Shown here: one piece after another, positions 28,312 through 38,678 of the stretch
Position numbering within the stretch: the first letter of the stretch is position 1
How the letters are laid out: the number at the start of each line of letters is the position of its first letter
The notes under the pieces: generated by a model
Database searches by the model: none
Told to the model about the DNA's origin: nothing
Seen by the model: only the letters and a program-made list of their open reading frames with translations
Source of the DNA: a virus
Lineage: Duplodnaviria; Caudoviricetes
Virus record (IMG/VR): IMGVR_UViG_3300042261_000671
Span: 1 to 57,124 of that record
DNA length: 57,124 nt
Strand: one strand, 5' to 3'
Made by a program: the position numbers and the translations under genes

Positions 28312-31300
28312 ATGAAAGGCAATCAATTTACAGACGAATTAAGTCGTGAAATTTACGAACAAACTTATAAATACGGAAATGAAACTTTAGAAACTACACA
28401 AAAAAGAGTTGCGGAAGATATAGCTTCAGTAGAGACAAATAAAGAAGAATGGAAAAATAAATTCTTAGAAATACTTGAAGATTTTAAATTTGTTCCAGGT
28501 GGTAGAATTATTTCAAACGCAGGAACAAATATCAGAGGAACAACATATATAAACTGTTTTGTTGATGGTTTCGTTGGAAAACACCAAGATTCAGTTTCCG
28601 GAATCCTAGAAGCACTTAAAAGACAAGCTTTTATTTTAAAATCAGAAGGAGGTTACGGTTTTTGTTGTGATGTTATGAGACCTAGAGGAGGTTATATTGA
28701 AGGGATAGCCAACGATACTCCAGGTGCTGTTAAATGGTTAGATAATTGGAATACTCAATCAGATGTTATTACAGCTGGTAGTGGTAGAAAATCAGGTAAC
28801 AAAAAGGCAAAACAAAAAATACGTAAAGGTGCTCAAATGGTAACTATGTCATGTTGGCATCCTGATATAGAAGAATTTATTACTGCCAAACAAACACCAG
28901 GAAAATTAGACAAATTTAACATGAGCGTTCTTATTACAGACGCTTTTATGGACGCTGTTCATAATAATAAAAAATGGGATCTGATATTTCCTGATTTTGA
29001 TCATGCCAAAGAAACCTACAATGATACATGGGATGGAAATCTTGGTAAATGGATAATGGATGGTAATCCCATAAAAGTATATAAGACTTTTAAAGATGCC
29101 AACGAATTATGGGATCTTATCATGAAATCTACATACAACAGAAACGAACCAGGGGTTCTTTTTGTTGATACAATGAATAGATTAAATAATCTAGCTTATT
29201 GCGAATATATTAGTGCTACTAACCCTTCACTCAGAAAAGGAACTAAAGTTTTAACAAAAGATGGAATAATAGATATAGACGAATTAGAAAATAAAAAATT
29301 CCAGGTTAAAACATTAGAAGGTAACTGGGCTGATGCTGAATGCTTTTTATCAGGAAAAGATAAAAAACTTTACAAGGTAACTTTATCTAATAGGAAAGAG
29401 ATTTTTGCTACAAAGGAACATAAGTGGCCTGTTGAATTGAAAGGTGGTGGTTGGGGTAAAGTTACTACTGATAAATTATCAAAAGGTAATATCTTACCAT
29501 TTCCAAAAAATGAGAATATCGGGCTTGATGTAGATCAAAAAAGATTGACAAGAGATCATGGATTCATGCTAGGTTGGTTATATGGTGATGGATGGATTCA
29601 CGATACAGATAGAACAGTATATGGATTTTTATTTTCCAAAGAAGAAAAATATTTATCAGATGGAATATTAAAATCAATAAATGGTTTAAAAACAGAAAAA
29701 TCTAATTTAAGAGATTGTGGAGATGGAACTTTTGATTTCTGCACTCAATCTAATGAGATACAAGCTACTTTTAAGGGATTATTTGGAGTTAAATCTAAAA
29801 ACGAATTACCATCAAGTATTTGGAAAAGTAATGACGAATTTATCAAAGGATTTATAGACGGAATATTTAGCGCAGATGGGTGTATATCTGATAAAACAAA
29901 TAGGATTATTTTAACAAACAAAAATGAAAATTTTCTATTATCAATATCATCATTATTGTCATTTTATGGTATAAAATCTTATGTTTTAAAGGGCAAACCC
30001 AGAAAATCAAATTTTCCAAATGGTAAAGATTATGAAAAAAATTATGTAAGATATGATCTAATATTGGATTACAATAACGCTGATTGTTTTGCTAAAATAT
30101 TTAATTTATCACATTTGGAAAAACAACGCAAGATAGATAACTTGATAAATAGAAATAAAATAAGAAAGTCAAATTTATCAGAGAAAATACTGATTTTATC
30201 AGTAGAAGAAACTGATATACACGAAGATGTTTGGGACATTCATGTATATGACGAAACACACACTTTCTATATAAGTGATTGCGTAACTGGAAATTGCGGC
30301 GAACAGATTCTTCCCATAGGTGGAGTTTGTTTACTTGGCAATCTTAATTTAACACAATTTATCAAAGAAGATTTATCTGGATGGGATTATGATAAATTAA
30401 AAGAAGTTATTCCTATAGCTATTAGATTTATGGATAATGTTAATGATTTAACTTATGTCCCATTACAAGACCAAAAAGATAATCTCATCAATAAAAGAAG
30501 AATAGGTTTAGGTATTCTTGGATATGGTAGCGCACTTCTTATAATGAAGAAAAGATATGGTGGTGAAGAGGCTTTGAAAATTACTGAAGATCTTATGAAC
30601 TTTATAGCTAACACAGCATACCAATCTTCTGCTTTACTAGCTAAAGAAAAAGGTGCATTTTTACTTTATGACGGTGAAAAATATTTGAAAAGCGAATATA
30701 TCAAAAATTTATCGGAAGAAACAAAGAACATGATTAGAGTTTACGGAATTAGGAACTCTCATCTGCTCAGTATTCAACCAACTGGTAATAGTTCAATTCT
30801 AGCGAATGTAGCTTCGGGTGGTCTTGAACCTGTATTCTTATTTGAGTATATAAGAACAGTTATCCAACCTTATGCTCCAGATGGTATGGATGTTCCAAAG
30901 AACGTAGATTGGGCTAATTTATCATTTTCTTCCAATAATGATTGGAAGTGGGTTAAAGAAGGCGATGAAAACATGTTGAAAATAGAATACAAAGGTGATG
31001 TATATAAATTCGATAGAGGACGTGGTATATTAAAAGAATCTGTGGTCAAAGACTATGGTGTTCGTTTTCTTGAACAAAGAGGAGAATGGGATCCAAACGC
31101 TGAATGGGCAGCAAATATTAACAATCTTAGAATAGAAGAACATATAGGTACAATGAAAGTTATTTCAAAGTATATAGATTCTTCCATGTCAAAGACTATT
31201 AATTTACCACAAGATTATAAATTTGAAGATTTCAAACATGTTTATACGGAATTATTTAAAAGTGGAACAATTAAAGGTGGAACAACCTATAGGGCTGGCA

Positions 31301-31911
31301 CAATGGCTACTGTTATAAAAAAGAAAGAAGAGGAAACTCAAGTAGTATTGGAAAATAATGCACCGAAAAGACCAGTGAAATTAAATTGTGATGTCATTAG
31401 ATTTACTAATAAGGGAGAAAAATGGATTGGTTTTGTCGGATTAGATTGGAGAGACGAAACTAAACCATATGAAATATTTACTGGATCTGCCGAATCTTTT
31501 GTTGTACCTGGATGGGTAGAAAAAGGAATTATTAAAAAAGAAAAGATAAAAAATAAAGAGGGTGTTATAGTTTCAAGATATGACTTCATCTACGCTGATA
31601 AAGAAGGTTATGAAGTTATAATGACTGGTTTAAATAGAGCTTTTCAACGAGAATATTGGAACATCGGTAAAATGACAAGTGCTTTATTAAGACATAGAAT
31701 ACATCTTCCGTCAGTTATTGGAATTATTGACTCATTAAATCTTGATGGTGATGTAATGGGAACTTGGAAGAAAGGTATAACTAGAATGTTAAAAAGATAT
31801 GTAAAAGTAGAAGATGGGTCAGCTACTTGTGATAATTGTGGTTCAACGAATTTACTTTTCAAAGAAAATTGCATATCTTGTCTCGATTGCAACTGGCAAA
31901 AATGTGAATAA
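28312..31911 (+). CDS. nrdJ: Class II (B12-dependent) ribonucleotide reductase with intein
   Basis: FVPGGRI, NCFV, TNP|intein|CGEQ, CLLG, RRIGLG, IQPTG, TTYR; Bacteroidetes-type C-terminal domain and Zn ribbon. Confidence 0.93.
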   Translation: MKGNQFTDELSREIYEQTYKYGNETLETTQKRVAEDIASVETNKEEWKNKFLEILEDFKFVPGGRIISNAGTNIRGTTYINCFVDGFVGKHQDSVSGILEALKRQAFILKSEGGYGFCCDVMRPRGGYIEGIANDTPGAVKWLDNWNTQSDVITAGSGRKSGNKKAKQKIRKGAQMVTMSCWHPDIEEFITAKQTPGKLDKFNMSVLITDAFMDAVHNNKKWDLIFPDFDHAKETYNDTWDGNLGKWIMDGNPIKVYKTFKDANELWDLIMKSTYNRNEPGVLFVDTMNRLNNLAYCEYISATNPSLRKGTKVLTKDGIIDIDELENKKFQVKTLEGNWADAECFLSGKDKKLYKVTLSNRKEIFATKEHKWPVELKGGGWGKVTTDKLSKGNILPFPKNENIGLDVDQKRLTRDHGFMLGWLYGDGWIHDTDRTVYGFLFSKEEKYLSDGILKSINGLKTEKSNLRDCGDGTFDFCTQSNEIQATFKGLFGVKSKNELPSSIWKSNDEFIKGFIDGIFSADGCISDKTNRIILTNKNENFLLSISSLLSFYGIKSYVLKGKPRKSNFPNGKDYEKNYVRYDLILDYNNADCFAKIFNLSHLEKQRKIDNLINRNKIRKSNLSEKILILSVEETDIHEDVWDIHVYDETHTFYISDCVTGNCGEQILPIGGVCLLGNLNLTQFIKEDLSGWDYDKLKEVIPIAIRFMDNVNDLTYVPLQDQKDNLINKRRIGLGILGYGSALLIMKKRYGGEEALKITEDLMNFIANTAYQSSALLAKEKGAFLLYDGEKYLKSEYIKNLSEETKNMIRVYGIRNSHLLSIQPTGNSSILANVASGGLEPVFLFEYIRTVIQPYAPDGMDVPKNVDWANLSFSSNNDWKWVKEGDENMLKIEYKGDVYKFDRGRGILKESVVKDYGVRFLEQRGEWDPNAEWAANINNLRIEEHIGTMKVISKYIDSSMSKTINLPQDYKFEDFKHVYTELFKSGTIKGGTTYRAGTMATVIKKKEEETQVVLENNAPKRPVKLNCDVIRFTNKGEKWIGFVGLDWRDETKPYEIFTGSAESFVVPGWVEKGIIKKEKIKNKEGVIVSRYDFIYADKEGYEVIMTGLNRAFQREYWNIGKMTSALLRHRIHLPSVIGIIDSLNLDGDVMGTWKKGITRMLKRYVKVEDGSATCDNCGSTNLLFKENCISCLDCNWQKCE
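29227..30294 (+). mobile_element. Intein with LAGLIDADG homing endonuclease (356 aa)
   Basis: NP|SLRKGTKV..ATKEHKW..LGWLYGDG..FIDGIFSADG..VWDI..HTF..VTGN|CGE. Confidence 0.92.
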
Positions 31912-31922
31912 CATTAGTCCAT

Positions 31923-31954
31923 AAAAAAGCCCCAGTGAAAACTGGGGCTTTTTT
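31923..31954. terminator. Bidirectional intrinsic terminator
   Basis: A-run, GCCCCAGT-gaaa-ACTGGGGC, T-run. Confidence 0.92.
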
Positions 31955-31956
31955 TA

Positions 31957-34698
31957 TTAGTTAATAACAATTATTTTATTAGTTATTGTTTTATCTTTAT
32001 TGCTCATTATAACATAATATATTCCAGGAATATAATTTAATCCAATTGTCGTTTTCCCTGTTTTGATATTATCAACATAAACAACCTTAGATAAAGAATT
32101 TACAATTTTCAAATTAAAATTATCTTCACATTCAATATTCAATATATCCTTTGCTGGATTTGGATAAATTTTAATATTTTGTAAGTTGTGATTATCAATA
32201 CCAAAAATCAAAGCAAATTTAGCTATCAAATGTAAACTCTGATTCATTACAGTTATTTTCGATGAATCTGAAAATACTACATTATTATCATCTACCCAAT
32301 TTTTAAACATCCAACCATCATAAGGAAATGCTTCCAAAGTAACAGATACTCCATTTTGATATGTGTTACATCCACCTGTTACATAACCTCCTTCTGTTGG
32401 TGATGCTTCTGCTAGTATAGTATAACTTATACCAATTTGGTAAAAATGAGCCATGATGTTCGTATTTTCTGTTATTTCAAAAGTATAAACGCTATCTTTT
32501 GAAACTAATTTACAATCTTTTGTCCACCCATAGAATTCCCAACCAGGATTAGGTTTTACCTTTATTGTTACGATGGAACCAGGAATATAATATCCACTAC
32601 CAATAATGGTTCCGCCACCAGAAGGTAAACCTCCCACCATAACATAAAAAGCTGAATCAAAATTGGCAACTAAATTTCTATTAGAATTAGCAATAAATTC
32701 GTATGTACTTGTATCTGAAACTAAAATTCCATTTTCAGTCCAACTAACAAATACAAAAGCACTATCTGGAATTGCTGATACTGTCACAGTATCTCCTATG
32801 AAATAAATCCCACTACCGATTGTTAATCCTCCTATTATTGGATATGATGATGTTGAGATTGTTACAGGTTGTGGTTTAGACTGAAAATAAGCAATAAAAT
32901 GACTATTCCTAGTTACTATAAAAGTATAACTATTAGAATCAGAAACAATATTACCGTTCTCTGTCCAATGAATGAAATTGTAATTAGTATCAGCCACAGC
33001 AACAATCGTAGCGGTATCACCAATATTATATAATCCACCACCGTATGTAATTCCACCACCAATTGGACTAACTGATGTTTGAATTAATGCGACATTGTTA
33101 TTAATTAATATAGTATTAAGAGGATTTCCGTTTGTTGTATCTGAATTATACAATTCATGTGTGTGAAATCCATTATATTCACATACCATTACTCTATAAT
33201 TAGTATCTTGAACAAGATTAGTTACAGTGACACTATCTGAATTTCCATTATAAACACAATACCATCCAGAATTACCAATCTGACTTCCATTTCCAAAAAC
33301 TGAATCAGCAGAATAAGTTGTCCTATTTACAGGAAGAGCAGACCCGGAGCTATCCTTCTTAACGAAGACAGCTCTATTATCACCATTTCCATTTGTCCAT
33401 TTTATTTTAACACTATTTACTTGTTTATCAGAAAAAACTATATTAGATGCTTGAACTGTCGGAGTTGATATAATATATGGAGAGAATTCAGCCATCGGAT
33501 TTCTTCCATTTGGCCAAGTAGTTCCAGATCCAGTAAAACTATACAATACTGTATTGGTTGTAGTTGAAGGATCCCATTTAAAAATAACTCCGGCGTTGTT
33601 AGACCCACCGTGAGTAGTAGTAGATAGAAAAATTCCACCATTTAATACGAAAGAATATGCACTAATTGGTTCACTACCGTTTGTTACATTAAAATCAATT
33701 TTCTTAGTAAAAACATTTCCATTAAGATTGAATTCAAAAATAGTACCATGATTAAATGAACCACCGGCGTATGTCATTCCGTATAATTTACCATCTTTTA
33801 GAAATAAAGAGCCGTCTGAATTAGCACCATCAATATTACTAAAATCGTGCATTTTATTAAAAATATTAGTATTTGGATTCCATTCGAAAATAACACCGAT
33901 ATTATTATTACCTCCAGCACTTGTCATTCCATAAAAAACATCATTATTCATCACAAGTTGTCCACCTGGCTGATTTCCTGTAGCAGATGATAAATCTACC
34001 TTTTTAAGATATGTATTTGTATTAGGATTCCACTCAAAAATAACACCAACATTATTTGAACCACCATACATAGTAAGTCCATAAAATTTATCATTATATA
34101 ATACTAATGTTCCTTGAGAATTTGCCCCATCAATTCCATTAAAATCTATTTTCTTATCGAAGTTATTAGTGACTGGGTCCCATTCGAAAATTACCCCTTT
34201 ATCATATGCACCACCAGCATATGTCATGGAATAAAACTTATTATTATATAATACAAGAGAACCGTAAGGAGTACTACCCATAGTACTTCCATCTAAATCA
34301 ATTTTTTTTACATATTGATTGTTTTTTGGGTCCCATTCGAAAATTACACCTTTATTGTAATTTCCACCCATCTGGGTCATTCCATAGAATTTACCATTAA
34401 ATAGTGTAAGAGCACCATATATTCTTTTTCCTGGAGTATTAGGACCGCCCAAATCTATTTTCTTCGTGTATGTGTTAGAAGTTGGATCCCATTCAAAAAT
34501 GACACCTGTGTTATAATTTCCGCCTTGCATGGCTGAAGAATAAAATAAAGTGTCGGATTCTTGAATTCCAGTGTATCCAGCAATGTTAGCAAAAGTAGAA
34601 TTGCTGAGAGCACTTTCCCATTTATAATCTAATGAGAAAGCATTAATAGACAAAAAGCAACATAAAGTTGCAAACATCAGATAAATCAGTTTTTTCAT
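31957..34698 (-). CDS. Secreted surface protein: signal peptide, beta-propeller-like G.IFEW repeats, FN3-like domain, InlB-B-like repeats, T9SS type A C-terminal domain
   Basis: MKKLIYL signal; seven YG.T..GG....GVIFEW-type repeats; four GG...GGG.Y..G..F..WT repeats; IKIYPNPAKD..GIYYV..KIIV. Confidence 0.85.
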   Translation of the reverse strand: MKKLIYLMFATLCCFLSINAFSLDYKWESALSNSTFANIAGYTGIQESDTLFYSSAMQGGNYNTGVIFEWDPTSNTYTKKIDLGGPNTPGKRIYGALTLFNGKFYGMTQMGGNYNKGVIFEWDPKNNQYVKKIDLDGSTMGSTPYGSLVLYNNKFYSMTYAGGAYDKGVIFEWDPVTNNFDKKIDFNGIDGANSQGTLVLYNDKFYGLTMYGGSNNVGVIFEWNPNTNTYLKKVDLSSATGNQPGGQLVMNNDVFYGMTSAGGNNNIGVIFEWNPNTNIFNKMHDFSNIDGANSDGSLFLKDGKLYGMTYAGGSFNHGTIFEFNLNGNVFTKKIDFNVTNGSEPISAYSFVLNGGIFLSTTTHGGSNNAGVIFKWDPSTTTNTVLYSFTGSGTTWPNGRNPMAEFSPYIISTPTVQASNIVFSDKQVNSVKIKWTNGNGDNRAVFVKKDSSGSALPVNRTTYSADSVFGNGSQIGNSGWYCVYNGNSDSVTVTNLVQDTNYRVMVCEYNGFHTHELYNSDTTNGNPLNTILINNNVALIQTSVSPIGGGITYGGGLYNIGDTATIVAVADTNYNFIHWTENGNIVSDSNSYTFIVTRNSHFIAYFQSKPQPVTISTSSYPIIGGLTIGSGIYFIGDTVTVSAIPDSAFVFVSWTENGILVSDTSTYEFIANSNRNLVANFDSAFYVMVGGLPSGGGTIIGSGYYIPGSIVTIKVKPNPGWEFYGWTKDCKLVSKDSVYTFEITENTNIMAHFYQIGISYTILAEASPTEGGYVTGGCNTYQNGVSVTLEAFPYDGWMFKNWVDDNNVVFSDSSKITVMNQSLHLIAKFALIFGIDNHNLQNIKIYPNPAKDILNIECEDNFNLKIVNSLSKVVYVDNIKTGKTTIGLNYIPGIYYVIMSNKDKTITNKIIVIN

Positions 34699-34728
34699 AT
34701 AAGATTTTTTTAAATGTTATTTAATAAG

Positions 34729-34736
34729 CAAATATA
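34729..34736 (-). promoter_or_regulatory. Bacteroidota -7 promoter element upstream of the T9SS cargo gene
   Basis: Reverse complement is TATATTTG(C), 30 nt before the ATG. Confidence 0.55.
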
Positions 34737-34777
34737 TAAAAAATTTTTATAAATAAAAAAAATTAATATATAGATTT

Positions 34778-35494
34778 ATGTTAATTAAAGAATATAATAA
34801 AAAGGATATAAATCGTTTTTATAACTTGTCCAGAAAAATGTATGATAACACTGGCAGAAAAAAAGGATATGAATTTTCGGAAGACGAGTCTAGATCTGGT
34901 AAAGTAGGATGGACAGATAGAAGTGGGCAAATTAAGAGATATCAAGATCTTCTTGATATAGGAGTTCAAAATAATGATTCAATTTTAGATTTTGGGTGTG
35001 GTTTAGGTGATTTATATGGATATACTAAAAAAATAAATCTTAACGTAGATTATATTGGAGTTGATATTAATGAGGATCATATTGCGGACGCAAAAGATAC
35101 GTATGAATCAAAACTTAGACATGTTGTTCCATTTCAAGAAAATAATTGTATTTTTCAAGTAATTGATACAATCGATGATGTTCGCAGAGATTTTGATTGG
35201 TTCTTAGCTAGTGGGAGTTTTACAATAGGGTTTAATATGGAAGAAATAATGGAAGTTCTTGACAAAGCTTATTACAAATCACATAAAGGAATGGCTTTTA
35301 ATTTGTTAATAAAAAAGGAAATTGAAAACTTCTGGGTGACTAGATATTATGGAGCTACTTTATACAGCCCTGATTGGGTTCTTGAAAAATTAAGAAGTAA
35401 ATATTCTAAAGTTTATAGTAAAGACTGTAATTTGCCTTCGAAAACTAAAACTTTTGGAATAATAGACGATTATACATTTTATATAAAAAAATAA
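34778..35494 (+). CDS. Class I SAM-dependent methyltransferase
   Basis: VGW....Q..RY, ILDFGCGLG, YIGVDIN, FDWFLASGSF. Confidence 0.88.
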   Translation: MLIKEYNKKDINRFYNLSRKMYDNTGRKKGYEFSEDESRSGKVGWTDRSGQIKRYQDLLDIGVQNNDSILDFGCGLGDLYGYTKKINLNVDYIGVDINEDHIADAKDTYESKLRHVVPFQENNCIFQVIDTIDDVRRDFDWFLASGSFTIGFNMEEIMEVLDKAYYKSHKGMAFNLLIKKEIENFWVTRYYGATLYSPDWVLEKLRSKYSKVYSKDCNLPSKTKTFGIIDDYTFYIKK

Positions 35495-35514
35495 GGAGTC
35501 ATTTCTGACTCCTT
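35493..35514. terminator. Hairpin between convergent genes (probable terminator)
   Basis: AAGGAGTCA-tttc-TGACTCCTT. Confidence 0.7.
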
Positions 35515-35519
35515 AAACT

Positions 35520-36020
35520 TTACACTTTCAATCCAAGTTTTTTCAACGTATCTGCATTTAGAATCCTTTCACCAGGTTTAAGACTTTTCTTAATGTCAGT
35601 AATCGCTTTTTGGATAATGGTTTTTCCATTTGGATTCTTTAACAAATTATCCAAAGTCTTAACTCCCTTCCAATAAGAAAGATGATATGAGTAATCATTA
35701 CCAATCATAATTCCTTTTAGAGCATCTTTATCCCTTTTTTTGTTTTCTTTATCCCTTAAAGACGCATTAATGAGTTCATCAACATACTCATCGAGATTTT
35801 GATTATAGGTCTTCTTAACAAAAGCCTCCACTTTCTTCAAAGTTTCTCGATTTACATTATAACTATCTTGATCAGTCCCAGTTGCGTGGATAAATAAACC
35901 TCCACCCAAACCATCGTCTTGAGCAATAGCAAATGTTTTATTATTTAAGCACACGTCGCAATCTACTGCTGGACCTTCATGTCCACGCAAAGTTTTCAAT
36001 TTCTTGATTGTAATTTTCAT
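35520..36020 (-). CDS. Hypothetical protein, probably early
   Basis: 166-aa ORF downstream of a TATCTTTG element at 36217-36224(-). Confidence 0.75.
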   Translation of the reverse strand: MKITIKKLKTLRGHEGPAVDCDVCLNNKTFAIAQDDGLGGGLFIHATGTDQDSYNVNRETLKKVEAFVKKTYNQNLDEYVDELINASLRDKENKKRDKDALKGIMIGNDYSYHLSYWKGVKTLDNLLKNPNGKTIIQKAITDIKKSLKPGERILNADTLKKLGLKV

Positions 36021-36308
36021 TTTTAGAATAATTTAAGAATAAATAATATAGATTCACCAATACAAACAATAAAATAAAGAATTCCTAGAATCGGAATCAT
36101 CCATTTAATTATAAACCCCCAAAATTTATCTTCTCTCCATTCCTTACCAGCCATCAGCCAACAAAGAAAACAAAGCACAACTATCGGTATAGGGCATTTT
36201 TTTTGATTTAGAATTACAAAGATATAAAAAATATTTAAAATAGAAAAAACAAATTATAATTTTTTAATATATATATTTAGACTGAATAAAAATTAAAAAA
36301 AAGTGAAA

Positions 36309-36437
36309 ATGAAAAAGATAAAAAATATTATTAAGAAAATGTTTGTTAGTAATACTACCAGATGTGAAAAATGTGGTTGGGAAACTACTAAGATTGATAC
36401 TACAGATAAATTAAAAAAATACTGTAGTAATTGTTAA
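36309..36437 (+). CDS. 42-aa zinc-ribbon microprotein (not in the ORF track)
   Basis: MKKIKNIIKKMFVSNTTRCEKCGWETTKIDTTDKLKKYCSNC*. Confidence 0.55.
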   Translation: MKKIKNIIKKMFVSNTTRCEKCGWETTKIDTTDKLKKYCSNC

Positions 36438-36455
36438 AAAAAAAAGAAAAATTAT

Positions 36456-36707
36456 ATGAGAAAAATTATATTAACTTCAATGTTAATTATGTGTTCATTT
36501 TTATTATTCGCTGGTGGAGACATCACAGAATCATCTTATAATAAAAGTGAGATAAACATTGAACTATTAAAACCATCGGTTCCATTGGAAGCCACTTTTG
36601 AAGATGATCAAGACTCCCGGTTGAATATTGATTTGATAAAACCAATTACTCCTAGGGAGGCTAATTTTGAAGATGATACTATATCACAAACAAAAAAGGG
36701 GATTTAA
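36456..36707 (+). CDS. Small secreted protein with a duplicated KP..P.EA.FEDD unit
   Basis: Signal peptide; LLKPSVPLEATFEDD / LIKPITPREANFEDD. Confidence 0.7.
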   Translation: MRKIILTSMLIMCSFLLFAGGDITESSYNKSEINIELLKPSVPLEATFEDDQDSRLNIDLIKPITPREANFEDDTISQTKKGI

Positions 36708-36720
36708 ATCCCCTTTTTTT
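36691..36720. terminator. Bidirectional intrinsic terminator
   Basis: A-run, GGGGATTTAAATCCCC, T-run. Confidence 0.85.
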
Positions 36721-38065
36721 ATTTACTTTCCTCCATTATGTCATTTTCTATACATAAAAAATGTGGGTGGAAATCGAAAAGTATGGTTTCTTCTTTATGA
36801 TCTCCATCTCTCAATTTGAGAATTTTCAATCTGTATTTATTATGTTTCTTCATTTCAGTATTACGAATAATACCCCAAACACTATCAGCTGTTTCAGCAA
36901 CCGCTTTAGATTCGGGTATATCTTGTAATTTTAGGTCGTTTGCTCCCCATACTGCTCTATCTACTTGTGTAGCTGTAATGAGTGCCAAATTGAATTTGTC
37001 AGCAATATATCTTAGTCCTTCAGCTAAATGCTTACCTTTCATGTATAAATTAGTACCAATATCTTTATGTAATTTATCTACCGACATAAGATTGATATAG
37101 TCTAAGCAAACAACATCAATATCAATACCTTTAGCTTCTTCTAATTTTGTTAGATAATTGTCTATATCTGTGACTGTACAAGCACCTGTATTAAATTTCT
37201 TAACAAATATCTTTCCAGGATTATCTGTATTAAATAAACCATTTCCTTGATTTTTAAGTAGGTTTATTCTATTTTTAATAAAAGTAGAGTCTTTACTAAT
37301 TTCATCATATTGATCTACATCTATTTTAAGACGCATGGCACCGAGACGTTTCATAACTTTTCTTTGTGACATTTCAACTGTGATAACAGCGACGTTTCTT
37401 CCTTGATTTGCTGCGTTACAAGCATAATTATATAACCACATTGATTTTCCAACGTTGGTTTCTCCCATAAGAACATTGAATGTTCCTTTGTCCCAACCAC
37501 CGTGTAGAATTAAATCTTGATTACCATAACCTGTTGATATTTTATTCTTCGCTGTATCTTGTTTATGCATTTCAGGATCGTCAAAATCTGCTCCTAAATC
37601 GGCATCGTCATCTTCTATTAATTGAAGATTATTCATCATAGCTTTTAATTGAGATCCTACATCAGAAACATTTTCTAAATCTATTTCTTTAAGATTTCTA
37701 ATTAATTCTATTGCACCGTAAACATTATTTCTAAGTAGATTTGATCCACGCCATGCCTTAAACTTATTCTCTAACCAGTCACTATCATGGACTGTGTTGT
37801 CGTTCTTAAGAATGGCTTTAATTACATTATTTGATATTTTCTCCTCTGGATCGTGGAGTTTTATCATTTGTACTATTTGTTGAGGCGAAGCAACTTTCTT
37901 TGTTTTAGATAGATCGTATTCGTCTCTAACTATTTTGTATATAAATTGAATATCTTCGTTTTTGAAAAAACTTGGTTCAACTTTGTAAAATTGTGTAGGG
38001 TGATCTAATATCCAAGTGAAGAATAATTTCTCCATTTGAACATTCATCACTTCTTTATCGTTCAT
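36719..38065 (-). CDS. Replicative DNA helicase (T4 gp41/DnaB-like)
   Basis: GETNVGKS, ITVEMS, LDYINLM, TATQVDR, ESKAVAETAD, KLRDG. Confidence 0.93.
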   Translation of the reverse strand: MNDKEVMNVQMEKLFFTWILDHPTQFYKVEPSFFKNEDIQFIYKIVRDEYDLSKTKKVASPQQIVQMIKLHDPEEKISNNVIKAILKNDNTVHDSDWLENKFKAWRGSNLLRNNVYGAIELIRNLKEIDLENVSDVGSQLKAMMNNLQLIEDDDADLGADFDDPEMHKQDTAKNKISTGYGNQDLILHGGWDKGTFNVLMGETNVGKSMWLYNYACNAANQGRNVAVITVEMSQRKVMKRLGAMRLKIDVDQYDEISKDSTFIKNRINLLKNQGNGLFNTDNPGKIFVKKFNTGACTVTDIDNYLTKLEEAKGIDIDVVCLDYINLMSVDKLHKDIGTNLYMKGKHLAEGLRYIADKFNLALITATQVDRAVWGANDLKLQDIPESKAVAETADSVWGIIRNTEMKKHNKYRLKILKLRDGDHKEETILFDFHPHFLCIENDIMEESK

Positions 38066-38075
38066 ACATATTTTA

Positions 38076-38600
38076 TTATTTTTTGATATAAGCTACCATA
38101 ATATCATCTTTGATATGACCGTCCTCGTATGTAATTGTATAATTGGGATTTATAGTCATCAAAAATTCTAAAATGTCATCTCTATCGAAATCGAAGTGTG
38201 GTTTTACCCAAACTCTTAAATCATCTATAATTATTGTGTGTGTTTTTATAGGATGATTTTTAATTATTTCTAATTCGCGCATTAAAGGGCACTCATGCCT
38301 ACCAAAAGCAGTATTTGCACCAGAATAATGTCCATCTAACCAAAAAGTAATCGGTTCGTTAATATTTGAAATTATCCCTTCCAATAAGTCCTCAGAATCT
38401 CCTTCATATAGATGAATGTTTGGATTGTTTTTAAATAAATTCACACAATGTTGATAATAATGTGGGGCTAATTCTATAGAATAAATATTTTCAAATTTAG
38501 CATCCATAGCCTTTTTAATTCCCAGTCCGACGTGAGAACCAGTTTCTAAAAAGAATTTCGTGTTTTTATATTTTTCAAATAAATTGTTTACTATTGGCAT
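38076..38600 (-). CDS. SAM-dependent methyltransferase-fold protein
   Basis: FLETGSHVG, SIEL, GDS, FWLDGH, IIIDD. Confidence 0.75.
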   Translation of the reverse strand: MPIVNNLFEKYKNTKFFLETGSHVGLGIKKAMDAKFENIYSIELAPHYYQHCVNLFKNNPNIHLYEGDSEDLLEGIISNINEPITFWLDGHYSGANTAFGRHECPLMRELEIIKNHPIKTHTIIIDDLRVWVKPHFDFDRDDILEFLMTINPNYTITYEDGHIKDDIMVAYIKK

Positions 38601-38678
38601 TTTAATTTTATTATTTTTTAGGCACTATAATGCCATCTAAACATTATAGTTGATTATTAATAAGAAGATTTAAATTAA

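Noticed and set aside
36023-36197. Small membrane protein on the minus strand
   Set aside because: The hydrophobic frame is out of register with the nearest upstream ATG; it may be a decayed gene but cannot be called.
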